DNA of 64,000 nucleotides from Octopus vulgaris (taxonomy: Eukaryota). The position numbers were made by a program, and so were the translations under genes. Numbering within the stretch: position 1 is the first letter of the stretch; every line of letters starts with the position of its first letter. Of the stretch, positions 13,857 through 27,520 are shown piece by piece. Below the pieces are notes generated by a model, which saw only the letters and a list, made by a program, of their open reading frames with translations, was not told the DNA's origin and ran no database searches. The stretch spans positions 69,502,001 to 69,566,000 of the forward strand of contig OX597823.1 of the NCBI GenBank assembly GCA_951406725.2. The letters run 5' to 3'.

Positions 13857-14357
13857 AGTCCATGTTTCTATTCCAGAATGCTTGATATTGAACTTGAATA
13901 GGATAGGTTAAATATCGCAAATATCCCAGTGAGATCTCTTTCTTTTTATTAATAAACTACACTAAAATTCTCAGAAAGAATAAATTCAGTCTGATCCATG
14001 CAAAAATGCCAAAAAAATGGTACTGAAAAGGATAATAATGAAATCAAATGCAATGTGGGTGTTATGCAACAGCTCATATCTTTGGAAGCCTAAATCTGTT
14101 TCTCGATTCTATTTCGAATGGACGTAAAATTCCTAAGAAGTTTACATTTGAATCCGTTTGAAATTACGCCAAAAGTTTAACTCTGGGCTCTATTTCATCC
14201 AAAAACTTTTTTTGATACCGCTTAGATTTAGGTTCCAGCTAAAACTCCTTTAATTTTTGCCGTGTAATTATATTTAATATTAGTAATGAGTATTTTCGAT
14301 GACATTTCCAAAATATACGTTTGGAAAGAAAGTAACTGAATTTTATTTCTTCCATAA

Positions 14358-14762
14358 ATATATTATTTTCTACACTTGGTACAAGGCCCGAAATTTTGGT
14401 GGAGGGGGCAGTCGATTAGATCGACCCCAGTACACAACTGGTACTTAGTTTATTGACCCCGAAAGGATGAAAGGCAAAGTCGACCTCGGTAGGAATTTGG
14501 ACACAGAAAACAAAGACAGACGGAATATCTATTTCTTTACTACCCACAAGGGGCTAAACACAGAGGTGACAAACAAGGAGAGACAAACGGATTAAGTCGA
14601 TTATATCGACTCCAGTGCGTAACTGGTACTTAATTTATCGACCCCGAAAGGATGAAAGGCAAAGTCAACCTCGGCAGAATTTGAGCTCGAGAACGTAGCG
14701 GCAGACGAAATACCGCTAAGCATTTCACCCGGCGTGCCAACGTTTCTGCCAGCTCGCCGTCA
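14358..14762 (-). mobile_element. Dimeric SINE (full monomer plus head-less second monomer) inserted as one unit
   Basis: GACCCCGAAAGGATGAAAGGCAAAGTC occurs twice (about 14455 and 14640). 10-bp TSD TCTTCCATAA at 14348-14357 and 14763-14772. Confidence 0.85.
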
Positions 14763-15069
14763 TCTTCCATAAGTGTATTAAACTCGAATGATTCCATATA
14801 GCGCGCGTTTCTACAAACAATGAAAGTGACAGTGCTTGGTGAATTTCCTTGTATTTTTATTAAAATAGCAATAAACTTTATCATCACCACAATGCTTCTT
14901 TGGTGACGATGTATTTGAATTGCATTAAAAAGATTTCCATCTAAGCATAATATACTTTTAAATGTAGTAAATGAGAGATGAACAGAGAGAGTTTTAAATT
15001 TCCATTATGCAATAAAACAGCTTTTAAATTTCGTACTGATTATTCTATAAAAGTTATCCCGTTTACTTA

Positions 15070-15404
15070 CAACATCCTTTCCAGATAAACTTGCAACAAT
15101 CCTTTTAATGCCATGACAACAATGAGAGAACCATTCACTTTGAAAGGAACTGCTAAATCAAAATTTCACTTTGTCTAGAAACTGGCAATTAGATTTTCGT
15201 TACGCAACTGGCATTAAAATTAGAGACGAGTTCTACATTATCTTTTAATGGTTCCAGATCCCTCAAAAAATAATTGACTGTCATCTCACTACTGGTTCTT
15301 ATTCAGATACCGAGAAATGTTCATAGGCACTGTCAGATTTGTATGTATGTATGTATGTATGTATGTATGTATGTATGTATGTATTCGATCTATCTATATA
15401 TCTA

Positions 15405-15439
<35 letters not shown>

Positions 15440-16120
15440 CGTTTTTATATTTGGTTTGCAAGATTCTTTAAGCGAATTCGTGTGTTGGAGAATTTTTTAT
15501 TGCGTCCGGGGAGAGTCATTCTCCTTTAGTGCCTTATTAATTTAACTCACTCACTGATTTCCACTCATTTAGTCAAAATAAATAAGTAAATGAGTGGAAA
15601 TCAAACCGGTGAGTGTGTTAAATTAATAAGGCACTAAAAGAGAATGACTCTCCCCAGACACAATAATATATATACATATATATGCATTTATATATATTAA
15701 GTACAGTAAGATTATCTTACTACGTATTGTTAGGATTAAGTGTTCCTTAAAAAAGTATCTAATTGGACTCGCACATTCATTCACTGATTCTATTCGTCTC
15801 AAAAATAGGCTCAATTACATTCATCATAACATAGATATAGACGAAGTTGCAAATGATGATAGTGCTTCTGAGCATTTGTCATCTTCCAAATATTAGCCAG
15901 AACCGAGCATACAGTCACTTTATTTTCATGTAAGGACATTTGAACAATTCTTTGAGGGGTTGGATCTGCTAAGAGATAATGCGGTATTCGCCTCTGATTT
16001 TAATGCCAACTAAAATCTTACTCGAGTTTCTAAAGAAGGTTGATTATTTCAAAGTGGATGGTTCTTCCTCAGGATTGTCATAGCACTAACAGCTTATTTG
16101 CAAATTTATCTTGAAGGGTC
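15070..16120. repeat. Old inverted duplication (15070-15280 versus 15945-16120), possibly two tail-to-tail hAT transposase fossils
   Basis: Reverse complement of 15070-15280 aligns by eye with 15945-16120 (shared AGATAATG, TTTTAATGCCA, TTTCAAAGTG.ATGGTTCT, TTGCAA.TTTATCT). The hAT assignment rests on weak peptide resemblance only. Confidence 0.6.
15497..15666. repeat. Hairpin with ~75-80-bp arms and ~14-nt loop, between (AT)n tracts
   Basis: 15497-15571 is the reverse complement of about 15586-15666, with four substitutions and a 5-nt indel. Confidence 0.9.
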
Positions 16121-16301
16121 GTATTATGTTTTCAAATCACGGCATGATCAAATTTACCGTTCATCCTTTCAACTCCAGGTGCAATTTCACTGACTCAACC
16201 CTTTCGCTAGGTTTCGGTTTTTGTGCCTATCTTAGAAATAATCATTATTCTCAAACACGGCTGCAGCTATGTTATTGGTAAAAAAAAATAAAAGTGTATG
16301 C

Positions 16302-16414
<113 letters not shown>

Positions 16415-17193
16415 CGGAGGGTGCGATGGATAATTTCAAATTTCGCGCGTTTTAAAATGTAGAGCAATCTTTTAAAATATTTTAAAACTGATGTAATATT
16501 TGCATTGTTCAATTAAATGGAGTCGCATGAAACGATCGTACTGCATTACCTCTGGATATATCCTTGTTGCTTATTTTGATTGTAATCACCTCATTTTGAA
16601 TTATATGGATAATAGCATACTAAATTCTGGTGCCGTTAACTTAAGTACCATATATATATATATAATCAATTTAGATAATGATTCTGACGATATCCACAGC
16701 CACCTACAACAACTTAAACATATATATGAATGAACGAAGTAGCTTCTACATAATTGTTTCAAGCTGCAAGAAATAGATCTTGAATCCATAGCTAAATTAA
16801 TACTTCAAGTTGTTTTATATAAGTCTGCACGGACTAACTTATTTTCCGTTTCCTCTAAACATTCTACTTAAATGAATCGTAAGAACAAGAGGATCATATA
16901 AAAGTGGAATAACATGTATTGCACTACTATAAGCTCGTCTCCGATTCTGAAGTTAATATAATTCAATTAGACCTTGTTTTATTTCTCCTGTTATATTTTC
17001 ACTTATATCAAGTGTGCTTTATAGAAATATCAAGTCGATATATGAGTATTTGATAATTTACTATAATTTATCAACTTCTGTTGGAGGAAAAGGAAAGATG
17101 TCTTCAAAACGATTTAAACTTAGAACGAATAGTTCTGAAAACGATGTATTTTGAACAAAACTTCTTCGAATCCAACGAAAAGACCGATGAAGA

Positions 17194-17240
<47 letters not shown>

Positions 17241-17517
17241 TTCTCCCCCTCTCTCTCTCAACCTCTCTTGGAGCGTGTCATTTACCTCTCCTCTCTATTA
17301 TACTATATATATGTATATATAGTATTAATATTAATAATAATAAGGATTATTATTATTATTATTATTATTAATGAGTGAGAGCAGTGCATGCCATCAAAAT
17401 GACACTGAGGTAAAATATACGAAGCCCAATATACCCATCATAACTACAGTATCCGCCTACATAATATTTCCCTACAAGTTCACTTTATACACACATATAT
17501 AGACACACAGAAATATA

Positions 17518-17990
<473 letters not shown>

Positions 17991-18202
17991 TTCCTTGCTA
18001 CAAAATTGTCTCTCTTCTTCAGAGCTGCCTGGACGCGTACCTCCACCAATGAGACGCTCCCAACGTAGACGTCTCTCTATTTCTCCTCGGCCTTGTTGCA
18101 ACCAGCATTGCTTGTACCTCTTTAACCGATATTCTTATTCCTTCTTCCTGCAGAACAACATCCCTCTAGAATCCTCTCCTGTTTTGTTAACCGACTACTG
18201 CT

Positions 18203-18275
18203 TAAATAACATCACTACTGTTTAAATAACTACTGTTTAAATAACGACATCACTACTGTTTAAATAACGACATCA
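18203..18275. repeat. Short variable-unit tandem repeat (TAAATAAC..ACTACTGTT)
   Basis: ACTACTGTTTAAATAAC occurs three times with variable spacers. Confidence 0.8.
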
Positions 18276-18776
18276 AGGTCACCACTCTAGGAGGACCCGT
18301 AAATATCATTAGTACTGTACCTTCATAGGAACTCAAAAAGCAAAGAAAGACTGAATTAGAAAATATAGTTCAAAACTGTAAGTTGAAACATCATAAAATT
18401 ATCGGACAGTATTTTTAAAACATCAGAATATGAATTCTAGGTATCCCACTGCTACTTCTAACGCTGACGTATAACCTCCTTTGCAGCGAAGTGTAAATAA
18501 TAGAATATAATTATTTATTCCGCAATTTGCGAACAGAAAAATATTTCACATTTAGGAAGAAATAGCATCCGTTACCGATTGATCAAGCATATTGATTTCA
18601 AGGAATGATCGAAAGGAAGTTCTGCTGTTCTGGCCTTTAATATGCTCATTAACAAAGTATGTGAAATAGTTATGCAAGAGAATCTTTTGCACGGTCTAGG
18701 ATATGTACGTTGAATACTTACCACATACGGCCATAAAGAAGACTGCCATACCCTTAGCATAATACTTGCCATCATG

Positions 18777-19168
18777 TGGAGGCGCAATGGCCCAGTGGTT
18801 AGGGCAGCGGACTCGCGGTCATAGGATCGCGGTTTCGATTCCCAGACCGGGCGTTGTGAGTGTTTATTGAGCGAAAACACCTAAAGCTCCACGAGGCTCC
18901 GGCAGGGGATGGTGGTGATCCTTGCTGTACTCGTTCACACAACTCTCTCTCTCTCTCTCTCACTCTTATTTCCTGTTTCTGTTGTACCTGTATTTCAAAG
19001 GGCCGGCCTTGTCACTCTCTGTGTCACACTGAATATCCCCGAGAACTACGTTAAGGGTACACGTATCTATGGAGTGCTCAGCCACTTACACGTTAATTTC
19101 ACGAGCAGGCTGTTCCGTTGATTCGGATCAACCGGAACCCTCGTCGTCGTAACCGACGGAGTGCTTCC
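18777..19168 (+). mobile_element. Full-length tRNA-derived SINE (shared head, tail type A)
   Basis: Near-identical to 6189-6571. TSD ACTTG(C/T)CATCAT at 18764-18775 and 19170-19181; the right copy is further tandem-duplicated. Confidence 0.92.
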
Positions 19169-22160
19169 AACTTGTCATCATAATGACAACTTGTCATCAT
19201 AATGACAATCAAAATGACAATCTTCTAAAAGACGTCTATATGTTTAATGAAAATATAATAGAATAAAAAGTGTGATTTGGTGGGGAGGGTATATAAAAAT
19301 ATACAAAATACTTAAAATAAAACATACTCATGTATCACGAACATCGTTTCAAAAGTTGTGTATCGAGTTACAGGGTTCTCTTCCGGCTTTTACAATCCAA
19401 CTGTCAGACAGTGAGACATTAAATGATTAGTGCAGAAAGCAAGGATAGAAAAAGAAACAGTAAAGTCCTTCTACTTCCCCCCTCCCCCTCTCTCTCTCTC
19501 TAAAATACTGAATGATGTTTCCAAAGCAAAATTTACATTTAATGGTAGATTTACTAGAGTAGAATAAATGTTAGTGTCAGAAGATTGTAGTTAACAGTAA
19601 GAAAATGCGTAGAAAAGTTAGATAAGTTGCCTCAGAAACTGTAGAATGTAGCGTCTCAGGCCTCGTTTTATTTTTAAAATATAGTAAGAAGAAAGGTGGT
19701 GGTCGTTGCTTGGTCTGAAGACAAGCAGTACTTTTCCCAGATTGCTGATTTTACTCCATCTAACTGTAAAATGTATGTTCCATTAATTTTCAGAATTTTC
19801 TAAGCGCTACCAAAATAGATAACTGAATCATAAGAATTCAAGTTGAACAAACTAAGGAAATGACATAAAAATGAACACGTAATAAACGTTAATAGTTATA
19901 TCTGTCTGTTTTTCTGGCATTTCTCTTTTCCCTAAGCAACAGCAATCATGTTGCTTTTAAAAGGTATAATACAAGTGAAATGTGTCTGAATCTATAAATC
20001 TGTATGAAACCTGTTTATGCATTCGCATTCTACATATAGAACATAAACAGTCGTTTCCTAAATTCTCCAAGTTGAACCCATTTAGCAGGTGTTGGAAATA
20101 AACTAAACACATACACTTAGAAAGCATTAAGTAAAAGTAGTAGTAATAATAACAATAATAATAATAAACCTGTTATTGACATTTTGACATTTCCATCCTC
20201 ATCTTAACTGAATGCAAACTTAGTTCCAGTTAAAAACCATTCAACTAATGGGATTTTATTTCTTCTGAAATAAGTTATTTACCTCAAGTATGTCCGCATT
20301 GATGATCTAATATTACACAGCGTCGGTTTTACTTTGCTAATGCATTCCATAGTGAAGATACCGGGAACGGAAATAACGAAACATCGTAATACTCGTAGAG
20401 AAGAGAAATCATTTTTTTTTTATTATTTATTCTCTCTTTATCATTTTAGTAAAATTGTGTACATGTTAGTGAAAAAATACTTATTTGTTACTAAACGAAG
20501 CAATGAAGAATAGGTATTTTTTTCTTTTTGTTCTGTTCTGCCTTTTTTTTCCCTTTTAGCATATATAGTACATTGTAAGAGTTTTAAAACATTATTCATT
20601 CTAAAAATCTTGTAAATTTTACTAGCTTTTTGCACATTTAAATAAATTCAATCCAGTTTAACACTGCTTTGTCCAGTGTAAAAAAAAAATTGGACACTAT
20701 TTTATCTTCTACTTAAAAACTGATTATCTTTCACAAATCTAGTCATTATTTTTATTTTATGGACAGATGTATGCTACAGCATATTTAACGTAAAATTTGC
20801 TTCTTTTTTTTTTTTACATAAAGTAATATCACAATGTTTATGGGTGATTTTTATGTTTGAAACAAAATCTTAACTCGATATCAAATCTGTGTTAATGTAT
20901 CAGCACATTTTTGACCTTGTGTTGATCAGCCATTTAAACAAAAATTGAACATTATAGTGTTAGGTTTACCTAGACATCTCAAATTTCCATTAAATGTTGT
21001 GTTTTTTATACCGAGTTTCTTTTCACATAAACATTTGTTAAAGGATGTATTTTATGTACTGGATTATTTCGTGCGTATATTTTCGCTTTAGTGTATATGT
21101 TATAGAATATTCCATAAATTTTTAAAAGCGGTAAAATATCAGATCATTGAATGTTTCAAATAAAAAGACAAAACGTTTTACTCAATATAAAATCTTAATC
21201 GGCTTCTTTCTCTTTTTTACCTTCAAAAGAATTACTTCAAACTATTGACTACCGATATTTCTACACAGTTTCAAACTAAACAGTAATGTGTGATGTATGA
21301 ATGCTTTAGAGAAAAGCTGCTACATGAGATCCAACTTTTGATTGCGCCACCTCGTTTATTCGCCATTGTGCTTGTAATTCCTTTTGTTTTATCCAGAATT
21401 GAAACTAGAACAGAAAATATTGGTTGTAGGATGCTTGATCAGATATATGATGTACAAAGATGTTGGTATTTTTCGAAAGGCTGGTAAAGTCTCAGCGACT
21501 AGCCATGCCTGATTTAATTTGTAATGCTAAAGAAGAAAAGCCAATTATGAATTGTTTTCACAATGCCTATGTGTGATGTCGCCAGGGCTGCTTGTCAGTG
21601 GTCTTCAGGCCTGACATGTACTGAACATAGATAGAACAGGTATAGTGAAAAAGTGTCACCTTCATATGAGGTGTTTAGGATGAACATGGATGATATTTTG
21701 TGCTGTAAAGAAGGTTCTAGTATAGTATACTTCATACAATATCAATTTTGCAACTGTTCCTATCAGCTTTAAGATGCTAAAATACATCAAGTCTGTCTGG
21801 GGCCGTCACCGTGGTCACTGGATGGTACTTACCTCCAGTTACTATTCAGAAAATTTAGAAACTTCAGTTTAAAAAATGTACCTGAAATACGTTTCTTGAA
21901 ATCTGGTATGTACCGGCTACTCTTCTCAAGCTGGAACAAAAAACAGAAATATTTTTTAAATAGATAAACAAAATAAAGTGACCCAAAGAAGTCGGCCGAA
22001 AAACTCCCCAAGAAAATAATAGAGATACAAAAGGAAGTATACTGAACGAAAATAAAAACAACATCAACAGCAACAATAGTACAAGAAATAAAACCAAAAG
22101 TAGTACTGATGAGATTTAGATACATTAACATGTGTTTGTGCACAAATATATATGTGTATG

Positions 22161-22214
<54 letters not shown>

Positions 22215-22520
22215 GTGGGGAGAGAGAGATAATGATACAAATAAACAAAGAAGCTTGGGCTTCATATATAAAATATACATGTATACGTGCATGCATGCAT
22301 GCATACATACATACATACATACATACATACATACATACATACATACATACATACATACATACATACATACATACTTACATGTAAATAGAGAGAACCAAAA
22401 ACTGAAATTATACAGATAATGAGCATTTATGTATAAACATAGATGTCTCTCCAAATATATATATATAAGATTGGGGTCTATAATGTTATTAAAATTTAGA
22501 GGTTATGAAATAACAAATAT

Positions 22521-22815
22521 AAACAAGAGCAATCAGAGAGAGCAAAGCTGCGCCAAAGCAACAGCAACATTCTCTGAACGATTAACTGGAAATAATATTT
22601 TGAATGAGAATATCTGAAATAAGCTCGACTTCTTTCTCAAGCGAGAATACTAAAAATGAACCTGACCACTCTCAAAAATTAAGTAAAGGAAACGGAAAAA
22701 ACTAATCCAGAATCCTTGTTTGGTACCGGGTCGATCCCAAAATCTAATCAGTTTGTTTCAGTCACGAGGGCAAACATCTCTGAAAGTTCCATCCGAATCT
22801 ATCCAGCGGTTCGGA
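22521..22815. mobile_element. Helentron/DINE-like non-autonomous element fragment
   Basis: Starts AACAAGAGCAATCAGAGAGAGCAAAGCTGCGCCAAAGC and contains a CCAAAATCTAATCAGTT...GAAAGTTCCATCCGAATC block. Both resemble HINE-type element ends as I recall them. Confidence 0.5.
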
Positions 22816-23049
22816 AAAATGTCAAAAATAAGAAAGTTACTGCCAGTGGCGTATTCCGAAACAGAGACGGAAGGAATGGCAAACTTTATCTTCGAGTCGT
22901 AATCTATGGTTTAAAAATAAAATTCTAAAAATTGTCGCAAAAGAATTAAAGTTATATATTCATTTCGAAACTACGATTTGTTTATTTAAATTTGTCCGAC
23001 AAATCCCTACTCTACCCTTTTTCCACCTATCTACTCATCACCTATCTAC

Positions 23050-24560
23050 ACATCATTGGACTGTTAATGAGAGAAGTTGATTGAGGAAGCTTCTGTACAG
23101 TTTGTACATAAATGTTTAAGCAGGCAATGGTCCTATAGTTTTCTGCTAAATTGGTGGTTTCATTCTTGGCTACAAGATTCGTCCATGCTAAAACAAGCCT
23201 ATTTCATATGTCAAGCTGGCCTGCCATAGTGCTTTTGAACATATACATTAGTGGTCTTCTGTAAAATGACTGCCACTTATGCCAGTATCCAACTGCCTTT
23301 CCATTAGGCAGCTTCCAGCTGCCTTACCATTATGCAGTTTGCCTGCAGCTATGGTGAAAGTTTCCGTTAAAGTTTTACTGTTAATGTGGGTACGGATTCC
23401 TCTCCTTACTGCATTTAACTAAATGCATTAAATTCAAAATCTCTTTTTTCGTCCCATATCTTGGACTAGAATGATTCCAGATCTTGTGAGGGTGCTTTCT
23501 CAAGGATAATATTTTCTTTCGTCATCTCTCTATGGATTAGAAGCAAACCTATGATTTATACAGGCTCATTCGAAATCTTGTCTACGGTAGCGACGTTTTT
23601 CGCTCAGCGCCTTGAGTTCATAACTTGGTGTGAAGAGTCACCACAGAGTTTTGTTAATGTATTCATAAGATTTAATTAATGAGGTGTAAATTCATTATTC
23701 TGTTTAACCATTCTGTTTAATCGTAATTAACCATCCAATACGCCGGCACAAATTATTGATGTTTTATCGTTTTGCTTTCCATTTACGTTGATTCCGTTTA
23801 GTAGTTTCATTACCAAATATACTTTAGATATTTCCTAGCTGTTCTTTAGAGAGCTAGTAATTGTGTATACGAGAGTATTAACATTCCAGTGATTAATATC
23901 ATATGATTCCATGTGCTTTCTAGCAACATCGTCAATAACTTTCAATGTTAGAGCTGTTGGATGTTTTCTTGGTTTGCTAAAAATGACCTGTTACTTAAGA
24001 ATAATTTTGAAACAGTAGAAATTTCTTTTGTGAAATGTGATTTCGGGATGTTTCTAAGTTGAATATATTACGAGTTTTGTCTGTTGATTCAGCTATATTT
24101 GGAGAGATGCAAGAATGTAGTGGTAGTGGCAGCGGTGTATTTACATTATTTTCTATCGCTGCACTGGCACATTTTTTTCCAAGTTTTTAGTGTTTTGAGA
24201 AGATCGACTTACATCACGAAAGCAAGCTATTTCTTTTAAAGGGAGATGTTTATTTCCGAATATGTTTTGTCGATAAAAGTACTTAAGTTGGAGTGAAATT
24301 CGTCCAATGAATATTTTAACCGCTTCATATATCGAAAAGAAGTGTCTTCTCGGATTTTTTCATAGCATGGAAGTAGATCTTATGTTAGATGTAATGTCCA
24401 AGGAAAATGAGAGGAGTACTTATGTCTTCTTAGATAGTTTACTGATGCTGTAGTGCTGTTTTCGTCGGTGTGTTGTTGCTAATTTCAGCCATGAGAGTGT
24501 TACCGAAATTACATGTTGTATAAGGTGTATTTTTTTTAAATCTGATCTAAATACTGTTAC
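23050..24560 (-). mobile_element. Degraded R4/Dong-like non-LTR retrotransposon, N-terminal region to start of RT
   Basis: Minus-strand peptides in the expected order: WT...CYEKIR...YMKRLK (Myb-like), APSQDLESF*SKIWDEK, KLHNGKAAG, GYWHK, ENYRTIACLN-MYKL. Many stops and frameshifts. Confidence 0.7.
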
Positions 24561-24755
24561 GTTGGTAAGTAAAAAGTGTTTCCCTTATTCATAATTGGAC
24601 AAATTAATCAGTTACTGATTTAAGGTGGAGCTGTTGGTATTAATATAGAAGTAATCGTGCATAAAGACATTTTAACGGTATTCTACAACTGCACGTCTGA
24701 TGTTGACGGTGCCATCTTTTTGCTTGTATGCATATATGTATATATGTATCTATGT

Positions 24756-24829
<74 letters not shown>

Positions 24830-25361
24830 GTACCTGCATGCATGCATGTATGAAAGGCGCAGTGAGTATATAATAAAGTGATTCAATTATTTTAAAATCT
24901 TTATTTTTCTTAGCCGTTATTCATAAATTTCCGGAACGGGGAACAGCGAAGAAACGAGAGAAGATTGTCCATTTTCAATTGAAAATTTAGTAAACTGAGT
25001 ACAGATGTAAATTTCCTTTAACGCATAAAAACATGGACGTTTATTATTTCAACAGAAAAAGTAGAATAATTGTTAAAGTTTCATGTAGTCGATGCAATTA
25101 GACTCACGTTACCAAACAATATATTGTGAATTGAAAACTTTATTGAAAATAGTATTATTCTCTTAGGCAATAGATACCTCCATTATTATCGTTGAATACC
25201 AAATGAAACAAGGTGAGTGTTTCTTAACTAGACTATGTATCCGAGTTGAAACAACCAAAGAAATAGAGATACTAATTAAAGTGTAAAAAACATGGCAATG
25301 AAAATATGTCTGCATCGTTTTTTTTTTGCAATGTATTAAACAGCTGACAAAATATTCATTA

Positions 25362-25790
25362 TGCCGTGTGGTAAGAAGCTTGCTTCCCAACCACATGTTT
25401 CTGGGTTCAGCCACACTGCATGATACTTGGGCAAGGTTTTCTACTATAGGCTCGGGCCGACGAATCTTTTTTGAGTGGATTTGATGGACAAAAACTGAAA
25501 GAAGTCCGTTGTGTGTGTGTGTATGTGTATGTGTGTGTGTGTGTGAGTGTGTGTGTGTGTCTTTGTGCCTGTGTTTGTCCCCAACGTCGCTTGACAGCCG
25601 GTGTTACTGTGTTCACGTTCTCGTAACCTAGCGGTTCGGCAAAGAGATCGATAGAATTAGTACCACACTTAAAAGAAAAGTAAAAATGTACTTGAATCGA
25701 TTCATTCGTCTAAAAATGCTTCTCGGCGGTGCTCCTGCATGGCCGCAGTTTTCTGACAGAAACAAATAAGAGACAAAAGATAAAAGAAAT
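25362..25790 (+). mobile_element. Microsatellite-containing tRNA-derived SINE
   Basis: GTGTGGTAAGAAGCTTGCTTCCCAACCAC head, TTGGGCAAG, internal (TG)n, GGCGGTGCTCCTGCATGGCCGCAG, and an A-rich tail. Confidence 0.88.
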
Positions 25791-26721
25791 GCAAACACAT
25801 TACAAGGCATTAATATACTCTCTGCCTTAACCAAGCCAATCATTTGCTTGCATCTTCCTGCTAAGGTGGTAGCGTTAGCTATCGCCTTAATTTTCATGAT
25901 ATTAAAAGTATAATTTTCTATATTTAAACAATATAGAGGAATGCTTCAAATTACGTCGCTAATTTGCTCCAAGACATGCGACTTATCTCGAAAAAAACAT
26001 AACATAAATAAACACTTTAAAAACTATGTTAGCTTATATCTATTTGGATTAATGATTTGTACATGTTTTCACACGTATTTTATTCGATTTTCCATATTCG
26101 TATTTGTTTTTAGGAGGTATTTTCGCTAAGAACGACGTAAAGACGGATAAATTAACTGAAGTTGATGCTTAACTTTTTCTTTTAATTTCTTAAAAAACGA
26201 AGCAAATTCGGAAAAGACGTAAATGGAAGCAGCGTAAGTTGAAGTATGTCTGTATTATGAATATGTGTTTCTTTATTTTACATTCGTTGTATTTGTAAAA
26301 ATTGAAAAGAATCCATGAAGCTCGTAGCCTCATTGAGACTGGAGTATATGTAATCCCTTAGCCACGTCAGCAAAATCTCCACCACGATTACCACAGATCA
26401 CTTCAATAAATTTGACTGTAGTGGCATGTGTCACTGAAAACGTAGCAAATTCTTTTTCTTCACTCAGAACAGGAAACTTGATATGCATTGGTTTAATTAA
26501 CATACAGTTCAAATGTTAAACACTACAGACGATTCAACTTTACGGATCTTCATGTAATTCATTAGACTAAGGTAATTCATTGAAATTATATACGCAAACA
26601 CACAAAGACGCACTCATCTATTTGTCTATCTATCTCTCATTTGTATGTCTGTCAATCTATCCATCTATATGTCTATCTATCGTTCTCTCCCTCTCTCTTT
26701 CTCTCTCTCTCTCTCTCTCTG

Positions 26722-26782
<61 letters not shown>

Positions 26783-27126
26783 GTTTGCCTGTTTCTTTGT
26801 CTCTTTATCTGTCTGTCTGTCTGTCTACCTATCTGTGCGTGAGTAAGATTTTCCTTATATGTCTGATATTTATCCATTGTTAATGAAAAGTAAGATAATG
26901 TTTTGTGTTATGTGTGTGTGCGTGTGTGTATGTATGCGTGTGTATACATGCGTGTGCATGTATGTACATGTGTATGCATGTATGTGTGTGCCTATGTATG
27001 TATGTATGTATGTAGGTAGGTAGGGAGGTAGGTAGGTAGGTAGGTAGGTAGGTAGGTAGGTAGGTAGGTATGTAGGTAGGTAGGTAGGTAGGTGTTTGGG
27101 TATGTAGGCGCAGTATGGCCGGATAG

Positions 27127-27520
27127 TTACTCTTCACTCTTTTACCTGTTTCAGTCATGTGGCTGTGGCCATGCTGGAGCACCGCCTTTAGTCGAGCAAA
27201 TCGACCCCGGGGCTTATTTTTTGTAAGGCTAGTACTTATTCTATCGGTTTTTTTGCCGAACCGCTAAGTTACGGGGTCGTAAACACACCATCATCGGTTG
27301 TCAAGCGATGTTGGGGGGACAAACACAGACACACAAACACACACACATATATACATATATACGACGAGCTTCTTTCAGTTTACGTCCACCAAATCCACTC
27401 ACAAGGCTTTGGTCGGCCCGAAGCTATAGTAGAAGAAACTTGCCCAAGGTTCCACGCTGTGGGACTGAACCCGGAACCATGTGGTTCCTAAGGAAACGCT
27501 ACTTCCCGCACAGCTACTCT
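27127..27520 (-). mobile_element. Microsatellite-containing tRNA-derived SINE
   Basis: Reverse complement of the family at 25362 and 39335; well preserved. Confidence 0.9.

Noticed and set aside
18203-18275. CRISPR-like repeat-spacer array
   Set aside because: Three short slippage-type units without unique spacers, in eukaryotic DNA with no cas genes.
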